From: an uncultured virus (IMG/VR IMGVR_UViG_3300037357_000283)
Lineage: Duplodnaviria; Heunggongvirae; Uroviricota; Caudoviricetes
IMG/VR virus record: IMGVR_UViG_3300037357_000283
Length of the DNA stretch: 64,000 nucleotides
Reading direction: 5' to 3' (one strand)
Shown here: positions 8,133 through 18,453 of the stretch, piece by piece
Position numbering within the stretch: the stretch's first letter is position 1
Layout: each line of letters starts with the position of its first letter
Notes under the pieces: generated by a model
Seen by the model: only the letters and a program-made list of their open reading frames with translations
Databases searched by the model: none
What the model was told of the DNA's origin: nothing
Made by a program: the position numbers and the translations under genes

Positions 8133-10442
8133 ATGCAGACGCAGACGGTTGAAGGTAATACGCGCGCTATCAAAGTTTTCAAGCGTTCGGGTGAGATCAC
8201 TGATTACAACCAGCAGAAAATTCGCCAGGCGGTTCGCCTGTGCCTGGTGGTCGGTTGCAACAAGCCGGACAACGCCGAAACGGGCAAGCTCGTTGCCCAC
8301 GTTGTCACCCGCGTCGAAAAGACGCTGCGACACAACAGCGGGGCCGCGACGGTCGAGCAGATTCAGGATCTGGTTGAGATGGTGTTGATGGCCCTGGGGG
8401 AACACGCTGCAGCCAGGGCCTACATTCTCTACCGCGAGGAACACCGGCAGCTGCGGGAAGAAACAGGGGCTGATATCGATCCGGCGACGCGGGCGAAGTA
8501 CGCTGAAGCGGTTGGTTATTTCCAGGGGAGTAATCCGACGTTGCAGATGACACAGGCGATGGATAAGTTTGCCCGTTATCGCGATGATCTCGGTGGGCCG
8601 GCGCGGCGGGAAGTCTGGCCCGAGACGGTGCATCGGGTGATGGACTGGTTCAAGTCTGAAACCAGTCTCCGTGGCCAAGCACTACCTCCGGTGACGTGGG
8701 AGTGGCTTGAGCAAGGGATGCTGATGCAGAAGTCGGCGCCGGCGATGCGGGTTGTGCAGTTGGCTGGGCCCGCGCTGAAGCGTTGTAACTCAGGTTGTTT
8801 CAATTGCAGCTATTTGGTAATGGACTCGCCGGAAGCAATGGCAGAGGACTTGTATTTGCTGATGAATGGGTGTGGTGTTGGCTTCAGTGTCGAGAATCGT
8901 GTGATCGATAAGTGGCCAAAGGTATCGCGTCAGAAAGGCGAAACCAAGACGATTGTAATTCCTGACACAACTGAAGGCTGGTGTGATACATTACGCGACA
9001 GCCTTCATCACTGGCTTGATGGTTACGATGTTATCCATGACGTCAGTTTACTTCGGCTTGAAGGCGCGCCGTTAAAAACCAAGGGCGGCTACAGCTCTGG
9101 CCCGGGGCCATTGCAGGATCTTCTTCGATTTGCACGATCCAAGATTTTGGCTAAGCAGGGCCAGTGCCTTACGTCGCTGGATGTACACGACATCACCTGC
9201 TTTGTTCACCGTATCGTACAGATGGGCGGTGTTCGCAGGGCCAGCGGTATATCACTATCTGATTTGAGTGATGTGTTGATGCGAGAATGTAAAGCTGGCA
9301 ATTTTTGGGCAGCCAACAGTCACCGTAATCAGGCTAATAATAGCGTGGCCTATATTACTAAACCGTCGATGGCTCAATTCATGACGGAGTGGACTTCACT
9401 AATCGTTAACGGTTCTGGCGAACGCGGGATATTCAATCGAGAGAGCGCGTTCGCCACGATGCCTGATCGCCGCCGGTCGCAGATGGCAGTCGAATCATAT
9501 AAACATATGGGTACAAATCCATGTGGCGAAGTGCATTTGACCGACAAAGAATTCTGCAACCTCTCTATGGGTGTCGTGCGGCCGCACGATTCAGTGCTGC
9601 AGTTGGAAGATAAAGTACGCCAAGCTGCGTACTGGGGCACGTTGCAATCCATGATGACTCGCTTCAATTATCTACGGCCTGAGTGGCAGCAGAATGCTGA
9701 GCGAGAACGATTACTTGGTGTCGACTTACTGGGGCACTTTGATCACCCGTTGATTGGCGCGCGTGCTGACAGCGGCCGTGGATATTTGCTACGGTCTCTT
9801 CGAGATATTGTTATCGAGACAAATGCGAAGGCAGCGCAGCAACTAGGGATAAACCCGTCCCTGGCTGCGACGTGTAACAAGCCGTCCGGTGACTCTAGTG
9901 TCTTCTATGACACTGCTGCTGGCTTCAAAGCGCACCACGGTAAACACTACATCCGGCGGCTTCGCTTCAAACCAAATAATCCAATCGCACGTTTGTTGAA
10001 GGACAGTGGTGTTCCCTGTCAGGTCGATTACGACAACAGTGGCTTGATGGTCTTCGATTTCCCCTGTCAGGCGCCGGCAGATAATCCTGTGCTGCTTGGC
10101 GATCAATCGGCTATCGAGCAGTTGGAGCACTGGAAAGACTTCAAGCTCAACTGGACTGAACATAATCCCTCGGTAAGTGTGTACGTTCGTGATGGTGAAT
10201 GGCTTAAGGTCGGGGCCTGGGTCTATGAGAACTGGGACATCGTCGGCGGCCTCAGCTTCTTTCCATTCAACAACACTATTTATCCGTTAGCTCCTTATCA
10301 GACTATCACCGCTGCCGAGTACGAGCAGCGTAAGGCTGCTTTCCCGACTATCGAGTGGGCTAAGCTGACGCGGTATGAGATTAAGGACATGACCGAGCTC
10401 AAACAGCACATGGCCTGTGCCGGTGGCGCTTGTGAGATTTGA
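8133..10442 (+). CDS. nrdJ: Class II (B12-dependent) ribonucleotide reductase with N-terminal ATP cone
   Basis: VFKRSG ATP cone, FNCSY, GCGVGFSVE, GGVRR, TNPCGE, KPSG, C-terminal CAGGACEI. Confidence 0.9.
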   Translation: MQTQTVEGNTRAIKVFKRSGEITDYNQQKIRQAVRLCLVVGCNKPDNAETGKLVAHVVTRVEKTLRHNSGAATVEQIQDLVEMVLMALGEHAAARAYILYREEHRQLREETGADIDPATRAKYAEAVGYFQGSNPTLQMTQAMDKFARYRDDLGGPARREVWPETVHRVMDWFKSETSLRGQALPPVTWEWLEQGMLMQKSAPAMRVVQLAGPALKRCNSGCFNCSYLVMDSPEAMAEDLYLLMNGCGVGFSVENRVIDKWPKVSRQKGETKTIVIPDTTEGWCDTLRDSLHHWLDGYDVIHDVSLLRLEGAPLKTKGGYSSGPGPLQDLLRFARSKILAKQGQCLTSLDVHDITCFVHRIVQMGGVRRASGISLSDLSDVLMRECKAGNFWAANSHRNQANNSVAYITKPSMAQFMTEWTSLIVNGSGERGIFNRESAFATMPDRRRSQMAVESYKHMGTNPCGEVHLTDKEFCNLSMGVVRPHDSVLQLEDKVRQAAYWGTLQSMMTRFNYLRPEWQQNAERERLLGVDLLGHFDHPLIGARADSGRGYLLRSLRDIVIETNAKAAQQLGINPSLAATCNKPSGDSSVFYDTAAGFKAHHGKHYIRRLRFKPNNPIARLLKDSGVPCQVDYDNSGLMVFDFPCQAPADNPVLLGDQSAIEQLEHWKDFKLNWTEHNPSVSVYVRDGEWLKVGAWVYENWDIVGGLSFFPFNNTIYPLAPYQTITAAEYEQRKAAFPTIEWAKLTRYEIKDMTELKQHMACAGGACEI

Positions 10443-10520
10443 ATGGCACGCGATGCTCAACGTGATGGCCTCGTCGCCCGATCTTGCAAAGATCTTTCGG
10501 ATCAAGTAAGTTTTGTTTTT

Positions 10521-10668
10521 GGGCTACATCAAGGCCCGATGTGTCTCCTACAGAGATATAACCAGCTGGATAGCTGGCTTTGCCCGCTTTTTGGTGAGAT
10601 ATTCAGTGTCTCACCCCTGCGGGCACGGATTGATGGGCTGTCTCACCCCTGCGGGCACGGATTGATGG
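10521..10668 (+). ncRNA. sgRNA-like cassette, copy 2, with extra 29-nt repeat (10640-10668)
   Basis: Scaffold 10521-10636, 3-nt gap, second repeat; TTGCAA-17-TAAGTT promoter at 10484-10512. Confidence 0.75.
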
Positions 10669-10716
10669 GATTGGGTAGCTGCTAGCCTGTGGCGGGCAAA
10701 TTAGTGGCCGCCGGAT

Positions 10717-10761
10717 AACCGCCGTTGACGTTGCCCTCAATGTCAACGGCGGTTTTGTTTT
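10717..10761 (+). terminator. Intrinsic terminator
   Basis: AACCGCCGTTGAC...GTCAACGGCGGTT plus T-rich tail. Confidence 0.7.
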
Positions 10762-10788
10762 GTGCTTTGTTGGTGTTATTCTCAGGAT

Positions 10789-11811
10789 ATGGCTGATCCT
10801 GCACCGATTATTGTGACTTGGCAGCAGATGCCGGAATTAATCGCCGGTCTGTATTCCAAGACCGCCGCGATCGCTGCCTGCGTCCAGCAGTCTTTGCGGG
10901 GGATTTACCTTGAACATCCTGCCGGGGTCTGGTATCACCCCCAACAACGCAAGCTGGGATTTGAATGGCATTTTGATTGTTATCCCGGTGATGCTGATTT
11001 ATGTAAGACGGCTGTAGAGGGGCTGGCTTCTTTCAGCGACGAGATACCCTCGTTTGCTGCTGGCTGGATCAAGCTCGCGGTTTCACCTCTGATTCACAGG
11101 GCTCTGCAGCTGGGTAACTTCATGCCGGGTACCTATCCGGGCGGGATTCCCAACCATCCTGGTCCGGTCGCCGGCATGTTGACCAGCGGGCTGGTCGGGG
11201 CCGGTCTTGGTTATGGTGCGGGGACGCTGCTGGAAGGGGCCCTCCCAGGTCACTGGGAACGCGGCCGGCTACGTAAGACGCTGGCGATGATGGGGGCTGC
11301 TCCAGGGATGTCGCTGGGGGCTTTGTGGGGTTTGAGCAACATGGGGCAAGGATTGAAGTTCAACGATAATTCTCTGTCACAACCGATTTCGCCAGTGGAT
11401 ACGGTCAATAAGGCCGCAGCTGCTTTTGACTTGGGTAAGATTGCCGCCGAAGAAGCTGATTCCTTCGACACCTATAACCGCGCTGATGCCGTGCCGACGG
11501 TGCCTGCTATTGATAGCCAACGGCTCAATCAGCTGCTCTGGGATAAAGGCGATCAGCAAATTGCCGGCACGACGCAGGCGGTGCTCGTTGCCGCGGGCCG
11601 GATGCCTGGAGGTTTGGGCGATCCTCGTTGGGTGACGCCGATGCAGATGGGTGAGCTGGCGGCTCGAATGGGGGCGGGTTGGCTCTCCGGGGCCTTGGTC
11701 GGTAAAGCGCTGGGCCTGATGACCGGGATGCCCGAGTCGACGCAGAATACGCTGGCTCAGGCTGGTATGATCACCGCTGTAGCCCGGACCCTGTTGCCAC
11801 ACCTGTTCTGA
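10789..11811 (+). CDS. Putative virion/head protein (Gly-rich hydrophobic segments, KxA motifs)
   Basis: Long ORF; start set at ATG 10789. Confidence 0.6.
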   Translation: MADPAPIIVTWQQMPELIAGLYSKTAAIAACVQQSLRGIYLEHPAGVWYHPQQRKLGFEWHFDCYPGDADLCKTAVEGLASFSDEIPSFAAGWIKLAVSPLIHRALQLGNFMPGTYPGGIPNHPGPVAGMLTSGLVGAGLGYGAGTLLEGALPGHWERGRLRKTLAMMGAAPGMSLGALWGLSNMGQGLKFNDNSLSQPISPVDTVNKAAAAFDLGKIAAEEADSFDTYNRADAVPTVPAIDSQRLNQLLWDKGDQQIAGTTQAVLVAAGRMPGGLGDPRWVTPMQMGELAARMGAGWLSGALVGKALGLMTGMPESTQNTLAQAGMITAVARTLLPHLF

Positions 11812-11831
11812 ACGGTAAAGTTTGGTTAAAG

Positions 11832-11849
11832 TGTATTTGTGGAAATACA
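11832..11849. promoter_or_regulatory. Palindrome TGTATTT-N4-AAATACA, copy 2
   Basis: Exact arms. Confidence 0.7.
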
Positions 11850-11890
11850 ACGGCAGAGGGATCTGCCGCGGTCGTTGCCAGGATGGTGTT

Positions 11891-12286
11891 ATGGTTTCAT
11901 TTCTTCAGACCGACGTCGTTACTTTCCGCGATCCGCTTTCGCGCAACGCGCAAACGTATCGCTGGTGGGCCGAACGCGGGCTCATTCATTCCGAGGTTGT
12001 CGAGACCGGTGATTACGCTTCTCACCTTGTCCGGGACATCTTGCTCCGGTTACGGTCGCTTCAAGACATGATTGGTAATACCCGTCGGCGGGGTATGGGT
12101 GGATTCCGCGCTGATGATGTTGAGAGTTACCAGCGTTATATCGAGAAGATGATCGATCTCTGTAAGAAAGCCCAGCTGCAGGGCCGGCCGGAGATCGCTG
12201 CTTCAGCTAAACAAGCTTCTGAAGCCTACAACGCCAGGAAAAGCAGCGTACTGATGACCAACAAATTGGCCGTTTGTACTTTTTAG
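11891..12286 (+). CDS. Hypothetical protein
   Basis: ORF; start set at ATG 11891. Confidence 0.6.
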   Translation: MVSFLQTDVVTFRDPLSRNAQTYRWWAERGLIHSEVVETGDYASHLVRDILLRLRSLQDMIGNTRRRGMGGFRADDVESYQRYIEKMIDLCKKAQLQGRPEIAASAKQASEAYNARKSSVLMTNKLAVCTF

Positions 12287-12296
12287 GAGCTCGGCC

Positions 12297-12725
12297 ATGA
12301 CGCACCGACAAGCCTTTAAGTTTGCCATGATTTCTCGCTGCATCGAAGCTGGGGCAACAACGCCGCGCGCAGCGCTCAATATGCTCAAGCAAGCAGCTGA
12401 TCCGATAAGCATGGCCCCGGCGATAGCCTTGGATGCCGCTGGTAAGTTGATTGACAGCGGGGGTAAGGCTTTGACGTTTGGCTGGGATACTTTAGCGGGT
12501 GTTGGCCGGACATTAGGGCCGTTGGCCCTGGCTGCACCGCCGGCGCTGGGCTACCTTGGCGGTCGCATGGCCGCGCGAATGGGTGACATCGGTGATGCTG
12601 ATATTCAAGAAACCAAGCAGAATGAATTGATTGCGGAATATCAACGTCAAGCAGCGCGTCTGCGCCGTGAAGGGCAGCTACGCAACTTTACACGTCCCGG
12701 GGTTCCGTCCCGGCCGTTGCTCTAA
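12297..12725 (+). CDS. Putative virion protein
   Basis: RBS AGGAG; KQAA motif; Gly/Ala hydrophobic stretch. Confidence 0.6.
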   Translation: MTHRQAFKFAMISRCIEAGATTPRAALNMLKQAADPISMAPAIALDAAGKLIDSGGKALTFGWDTLAGVGRTLGPLALAAPPALGYLGGRMAARMGDIGDADIQETKQNELIAEYQRQAARLRREGQLRNFTRPGVPSRPLL

Positions 12726-12737
12726 TTGGAGGCTCTG

Positions 12738-13115
12738 ATGGCTGCATCACCGTTGTTTCAATTCATGGGCCGCGACAGTGGCAACGGTCGCGGCGAGCTT
12801 CATTGGGGACGTGCTGATGAAGACAATGCCCCGTTTCGCGGCAGCCCATTACCGCCGATGCCCGATGAAGAGTATGAGAATCGCGCGGTGAAGGTCTATG
12901 ACTTCAACAACCGGACTTTTAACGTCAACGATCCTGATGACAACCGCGCTTATAGTGAGGTGATGCAGATGGTGACCAATGGCCGGGCCGTGCTTGTTGA
13001 TCGGCAGCGCAAAGAAGAATTTTTTGAGGGCCGGCTATGTGTTTGGATCTATCTCGAGTGGACCGTGCCGTACATGCAAGACGGTAAGCCTATGTTGTCT
13101 CAGGAGTTTACCTAA
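12738..13115 (+). CDS. Hypothetical protein
   Basis: RBS GGAGG; coupled to the next gene (TAATG). Confidence 0.6.
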   Translation: MAASPLFQFMGRDSGNGRGELHWGRADEDNAPFRGSPLPPMPDEEYENRAVKVYDFNNRTFNVNDPDDNRAYSEVMQMVTNGRAVLVDRQRKEEFFEGRLCVWIYLEWTVPYMQDGKPMLSQEFT

Positions 13116-14002
13116 TGAACATCAACCCATTTTTAATCGCAGCACCGTTTGCCAAGCAGGCGGCGCAGCCCGCTGATCCGCGTTTGACGGAGTTGGCTGG
13201 CCAGGGCCTCACCAATGTCCTGCAACTCGGTGCTGCCGGGTTGGGTATCGGTGCAGCGACGCGCGGCGCCATAGGGCTTCGCGATCTGTTTGCCCGTGCA
13301 CTGAATCCGGTGCAAAGCTCTTATCCGGCGGCCATGATGACTTCGCTGCCGTATCCGGTGCGCGACGATGATGAGGATCCCGATAATCCACGTAACAAGC
13401 AAAAGCGGGCTGCGTTCAATGGGCTCAAGGAGTGGCTCGGTGGTTTACACTACGGTAAACCTTGGGATGTAACCGATAAGACTGATTTTCCCTGGCTTTA
13501 TCCTGCGGCGGTTGCGGCAACTGCGGGCGGCGCTTATGCCGGCTATAAAGGAATTGACTCCGTGCTGCAGGCGCAGAAACAGAAACAGGAGGAAGAAGAA
13601 CTTGCCGGAGCCAAGAGTGATTTTGAGAAAGCCCTGCTGAGCAGTTACGGGCAGCCCAAGCAAGGGGAAGAAAAGACCGCCGGGGATGAACTCGGTGAAG
13701 TTCTGGATCATCTCTATGATGCTTGTACTACCAAGCAGGCAGAGTGGCCGGCGAGAGTGGGCAACTGGACGACCGGGCGTTATCTTGCCGGGGTTGGATT
13801 ACCTCTAGGCGCCTTGGGGGCTTATTGGGGCTACGAGCACGGCCAAGATGCCAGTAACCGCACCGTACTGGAGAAAGCCATGCGGCGCCGGCAACAGGCA
13901 GAGCTGTTAGCGCATCCCGCAGAAATGTACGCGGTGCCAACGCCGGTGCATGTGCCCAATGAAGTAGCCAGTGATGCGAGCAGCGATGATGAGGCCGCTT
14001 AA
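13115..14002 (+). CDS. Putative virion protein
   Basis: Multiple KxA motifs; Gly-zipper segments. Confidence 0.6.
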   Translation: MNINPFLIAAPFAKQAAQPADPRLTELAGQGLTNVLQLGAAGLGIGAATRGAIGLRDLFARALNPVQSSYPAAMMTSLPYPVRDDDEDPDNPRNKQKRAAFNGLKEWLGGLHYGKPWDVTDKTDFPWLYPAAVAATAGGAYAGYKGIDSVLQAQKQKQEEEELAGAKSDFEKALLSSYGQPKQGEEKTAGDELGEVLDHLYDACTTKQAEWPARVGNWTTGRYLAGVGLPLGALGAYWGYEHGQDASNRTVLEKAMRRRQQAELLAHPAEMYAVPTPVHVPNEVASDASSDDEAA

Positions 14003-14013
14003 CCGGACGATGG

Positions 14014-17000
14014 ATGCCCGCTACGAAATCTATTCTCGATCTCCCCGAGGCCGCCGACGGCGACGATGCTGTCCAGAGCATATTGCCCGGTACAACATCG
14101 GCACCGCCGCTAACGTTCCGGCGTTTTGATGACGTCGATGCCACCCGTAAGGCTATCTACGAGTCGACGTTCAACGCTGTGGCAACATTGCCGCCAATTT
14201 CCAATAAAACACACACGTTGCGTTTAGGGGATGTTCATTGGAAAGATAAGGGCGACTTCAGTAAAGCCCAGCGCAAGCAAGCGATTCTCGGTGGAGGTAG
14301 CTTAGAGCGGCGGATGATTGGGAACTGGGAGCTTCTGGATAATGCCAGTAATAAAGTGATTGGGCGCCGTCAGGTGGTTATCCGCGTGCCGCATCTCACC
14401 GATGCCGGGACGTTTGTTCGCAACGGCACTGAGTATGGTATCCGGCAGCAGCAGCGCATGCGGGCCGGTGTTTATGCACGGGTGAAAAATAACGGCGAAT
14501 ATGAGAGTTTTTTTAATGTGCTTGCGAACGGCCCCAGCCAACGCTATCAGCTCGATCCCGCCAAGGGTATCTTCAACGTCAACGTCAACCAAGCCAATAT
14601 TCCCTTGTTGCCGTTGCTTAAGCATCTTGGAGCTTCGCCTGACGAGATTAAAGCCGCTTGGGGAGATGAGCTGTACCAACGCAACGTTCAGAAGATCGGC
14701 AACGCCGACATTGACCAGCGGTTAGCGGAGAAGTTCATTCGCGGAGAAGCACCGACGGGCTTGGGATTTAGTCAGGCAATTAAAGACGCCTTTGGCAAGA
14801 TGACCCTGGATCCAATGGTTACCCAGCACACACTGGGTCGGCCTTTCAACAAGATCGACAAGGAGGTCATCCTGGCTGCGACCAAGAAGCTTCTGGCAGT
14901 CGGGCAAGGCAAAGAGCGGCCGGACGATCGCGATCATTTGGCTTTTCAACAGTTCGTAGGCCCCGAGGATATGCTCCGCGAGCGGATTACCAAGGATCGC
15001 GCGGGTGTTCGCCGCCAGCTGCTGTTTCGTTCTTCGCTTAAGGGGCATCTCGATAGCATGCCATCTAGCGCGATGCAGAACTACGTCGATTCACTGTTCA
15101 CCGAGAGTGGGCTGTCTTCTCCTTTGGAAGAAGTGAATATGCTGGAAATGCTCGACAAGAACACAGCGCTGACGCGGATGGGGGAAGGAGGAATTAGTTC
15201 TACAGACGCAATCCCGGCCGAGGCTCGCGCGGTTCAACCCAGTCACCTGGGATTTATAGATTCTTTACGCACTCCGGAAAATTTTCGTGCCGGGGTGGAT
15301 ACCTTTCTGGCCAGCAATGCTCGCAAAGGTTCTGATGGAAATATCTATGCTCCTTTCATAGATCCAAAGACGGGACAGAGCCGCATGCGTAATCCGCAGC
15401 AGCTGTTGGATGGGGTGATCAGTTGGCCGGCGGCCATGGTTTCAGCGCATAAGCGCGTGCCGGTGATGAAGAACGGGCGGATGATGTACGCTCTGAAGAC
15501 AGAAGTCACTGATCTGATGCCGCCAGCCGAGGGCACCTTCAGTCCTTTGAACAATTTAGTTCCCTTCAAAAGTTCACTCAAAGGCCAACGAGCGAGCATG
15601 GCGGCGCGCATGATCTCACAAGCGCTGCCGCTGGTTGGTGCTGAGACCCCACTGGTGCAGACCGGCGTTGCCGGCTCGCGGGGGACGCGTAGTTATGAAC
15701 AGGAGTACGGCAAGCACGCTGGAGCGATTTTTGCCTCGCGTGGTGGTCGTGTGTTATCCACCGAAGGCAACAACATTAAGGTCCGTTACGAGGATGGCCG
15801 CGAAGAAAACCTCGAGTTGCATAAGGATTTGACCCACAACAGAAAATCTGGACTGACACAGACGCCGCTGGTTGAGGCGGGGACCTATTTCAAGCCCGGC
15901 CAGGTGTTAGCCAAGAGCAATTACACCGATAACCAGGGACAGGTTGCCCTTGGGCTTAACGCGCGGGTCGCTTACATGCCGACTGGGACCAATTACGAGG
16001 ATGCGATTGATATCAGTGAATCGATGGCCAAACGCTTGAAGTCTGAACATTACTATCAACACCAGCTCGATGTTAACGACCACATACACCGCGGTCGTAA
16101 TAGTTATCTCTCTTTGTTCCCCGGTAAGTTCGATCACGCGACGATGGCCAAATTTGGTGAGACAGGAACCGTCAAACCCGGCACCGTGGTACAGTACGGC
16201 GATCCCCTGATCCTCGCTGCCGAAGAGAAAACCACAGGGGTCAATAAGATCTACAAGAAAGGTGCGCCGGCATTCAGTGACGCTTCATTGCTTTGGGAGC
16301 ACGAGGATCCTGGGGTTGTCACCGATGTCGTCGAGGGTAAAGATGGGCCGGTCGTCGTTGTCAAAACTTACCGGGCCGCCCAGGTCGGTGATAAGTTATC
16401 GGGTAGGCATGGGAACAAGGGCGTGATTGGTGCCATTACCCCGGACAGCCAGATGCCGCATACCCGCGAAGGGGTGCCTTTTGAAGTTTTGTTGAATCCT
16501 CTTGGTTTGGCCAGTCGCGTGAACCCTGCTCAGTGGGCCGAGGTCAAACTCGGGGCGATCGCTGCCAAACGCGGGCAACCGTTTCGCGAGGAAGATTTCG
16601 ATCCCAATGTCCCGGATCGAATTGCCTGGGTGCGTAATCTCGCCAAACAGCACGGCGTCCCTGACACCGAGAATGTCGTTGATCCAATGACTGGGGCGGA
16701 GGTTCCCAATATCTTCACGGGCATTATTCACATGCTCAAGCTGCATCATCTTGCCGAAGATAAGCTCCAGGGCCGGGGTGGGGGTTCCTATGATTCCAGT
16801 GGGGCTCCCGCTCGCGGCGGCTACGGGGGCAGTAAGCGCGTCGGCGGACTTGATTTGTCGGCTTTGTTGGCCGCCGGGGGCTATGCCAATCTCGCTGACT
16901 CCCACAATGTCCGTGGGCAGAAAAATGATGATTACTGGTTGGCTTTCATGCAGGGGCATACGCCACCCAAGCCGGGCGTGCCGATGGTTTACCAGAAGTT

Positions 17001-18453
17001 CGTCAACGAACTTAAAGCAGCCGGGATCAATGTGATCAAGAACGGCACGCAGTCGCATCTCATGGCCATGACCGATAAGGATGTCGATCGTTTAGCTGAA
17101 GGCCGCAACATCGAGAGCGGGGATACGGTCAACCGCGACGATAGCTTGTCACCGATCAAGGGTGGATTATTCGATCCCGGGATGACCGGGGGTCACCACG
17201 GGAAAAGATGGGCCGCGGTTCGTTTCGAAGAACCGATGCCTTCGCCGGTGATGGAAGACCCGATCCGCCGCGTCCTGGGCCTGAGCGCTAAAAAATTTGA
17301 AGCCGTACTTGCTGGCGAGGAGAAGCTCTCCAGTGGTAAAACGGGTCCGGCGGCGATTGTTCAAGCGCTTCGCGAGATCAACGTCGATCGCGAGCTCGAT
17401 ACAGCTCGCGGCAATATCGAAAGCGGTAGGCGGGGGGAGCGCGATGAGGCAATCCGCAAGCTCGGGTATCTTAAGAGCGCTAAGCGCCTGGGGATTCATC
17501 CCAAGGACTGGGTACTGAACCGGGCACCGGTATTGCCAACCCAGTTCCGTCCCATCAGCGTCATGACCGGGAGCGGTACACCCTTGGTCGCCGACGCGAA
17601 CTATCTCTATCGCGAGATGATTTTAGCCAATCAGAATCTCAGGACGATGAAGCAGCGCGTCGGCGAAGATGGGGTCGGGCAGGAGCGATTGGCTTTATAC
17701 AAGTCGTTCAAGGCGGTGACCGGACTTGGTGATCCCCTTTCCCAGAAAAGTCGCGATAAAAACGTTAAAGGACTCCTGCAAACTATCTTCGGTTCACGGG
17801 CCAAGATGTCGACTGTGCAGAGGAAGCTGCTAGGAACGACGGTAGATCATGTCGGGCGGGCGGTCATTGCTCCTGATCCGGATCTGGATATCGATCATGT
17901 TGGGTTGCCTGAGAGTGCCGCGTTTGATGTCTACCAGCGCTTTATCGTTCGTCGGCTTAAACGGAACGGTATGCCGGTGGCGCAAGCCTTGCAGGAGGTG
18001 AAAGATCACACCCCGCTGGCTCGTAAGATCATGTTGGAAGAATTTGCGCACCGGCCGGTGATCGTTAACCGGGCGCCCGTGCTGCATAAGTTTGGCATCA
18101 TGGCCCACTGGCCGGTCCTGGTGCCGGGTCACGTGATGAAGGTACCCCCATTAACAATGGCGGGTATGGGTAGTGACGCTGACGGCGATACGCAGAATTT
18201 CCATGTGCCAGTATCCGAGGAAGCGCGTATTGAAGCGATTGAACGGTTGTTACCCAGCCATCAGTTGACGTCACCGGCTGATCTCAAGCGGGCGATGTAT
18301 GTGCCTAGTCATGAATTTTTGGCCGGGCTTTTTAATTCGACTACAGCTAAGAGCAAGCACAAATATACTTTTGCCACGCTCAAGGATGCTGAAGCTGCTT
18401 GGGCCGCAGGAAAGTTGACAGCGGCGGACCAGGTGACGATCCTTCGCAAATAG
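14014..18453 (+). CDS. Multisubunit-type RNA polymerase: beta fused to the N-terminal/catalytic half of beta'
   Basis: Beta motifs (NYEDAI, GDKLSGRHGNKGVI, LLNPLGLASRVN) followed by beta' motifs (GGLFD, PVLPTQFRP, GRAVIAPDP, NRAPVLHKFGI, DADGD). Confidence 0.9.
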   Translation: MPATKSILDLPEAADGDDAVQSILPGTTSAPPLTFRRFDDVDATRKAIYESTFNAVATLPPISNKTHTLRLGDVHWKDKGDFSKAQRKQAILGGGSLERRMIGNWELLDNASNKVIGRRQVVIRVPHLTDAGTFVRNGTEYGIRQQQRMRAGVYARVKNNGEYESFFNVLANGPSQRYQLDPAKGIFNVNVNQANIPLLPLLKHLGASPDEIKAAWGDELYQRNVQKIGNADIDQRLAEKFIRGEAPTGLGFSQAIKDAFGKMTLDPMVTQHTLGRPFNKIDKEVILAATKKLLAVGQGKERPDDRDHLAFQQFVGPEDMLRERITKDRAGVRRQLLFRSSLKGHLDSMPSSAMQNYVDSLFTESGLSSPLEEVNMLEMLDKNTALTRMGEGGISSTDAIPAEARAVQPSHLGFIDSLRTPENFRAGVDTFLASNARKGSDGNIYAPFIDPKTGQSRMRNPQQLLDGVISWPAAMVSAHKRVPVMKNGRMMYALKTEVTDLMPPAEGTFSPLNNLVPFKSSLKGQRASMAARMISQALPLVGAETPLVQTGVAGSRGTRSYEQEYGKHAGAIFASRGGRVLSTEGNNIKVRYEDGREENLELHKDLTHNRKSGLTQTPLVEAGTYFKPGQVLAKSNYTDNQGQVALGLNARVAYMPTGTNYEDAIDISESMAKRLKSEHYYQHQLDVNDHIHRGRNSYLSLFPGKFDHATMAKFGETGTVKPGTVVQYGDPLILAAEEKTTGVNKIYKKGAPAFSDASLLWEHEDPGVVTDVVEGKDGPVVVVKTYRAAQVGDKLSGRHGNKGVIGAITPDSQMPHTREGVPFEVLLNPLGLASRVNPAQWAEVKLGAIAAKRGQPFREEDFDPNVPDRIAWVRNLAKQHGVPDTENVVDPMTGAEVPNIFTGIIHMLKLHHLAEDKLQGRGGGSYDSSGAPARGGYGGSKRVGGLDLSALLAAGGYANLADSHNVRGQKNDDYWLAFMQGHTPPKPGVPMVYQKFVNELKAAGINVIKNGTQSHLMAMTDKDVDRLAEGRNIESGDTVNRDDSLSPIKGGLFDPGMTGGHHGKRWAAVRFEEPMPSPVMEDPIRRVLGLSAKKFEAVLAGEEKLSSGKTGPAAIVQALREINVDRELDTARGNIESGRRGERDEAIRKLGYLKSAKRLGIHPKDWVLNRAPVLPTQFRPISVMTGSGTPLVADANYLYREMILANQNLRTMKQRVGEDGVGQERLALYKSFKAVTGLGDPLSQKSRDKNVKGLLQTIFGSRAKMSTVQRKLLGTTVDHVGRAVIAPDPDLDIDHVGLPESAAFDVYQRFIVRRLKRNGMPVAQALQEVKDHTPLARKIMLEEFAHRPVIVNRAPVLHKFGIMAHWPVLVPGHVMKVPPLTMAGMGSDADGDTQNFHVPVSEEARIEAIERLLPSHQLTSPADLKRAMYVPSHEFLAGLFNSTTAKSKHKYTFATLKDAEAAWAAGKLTAADQVTILRK

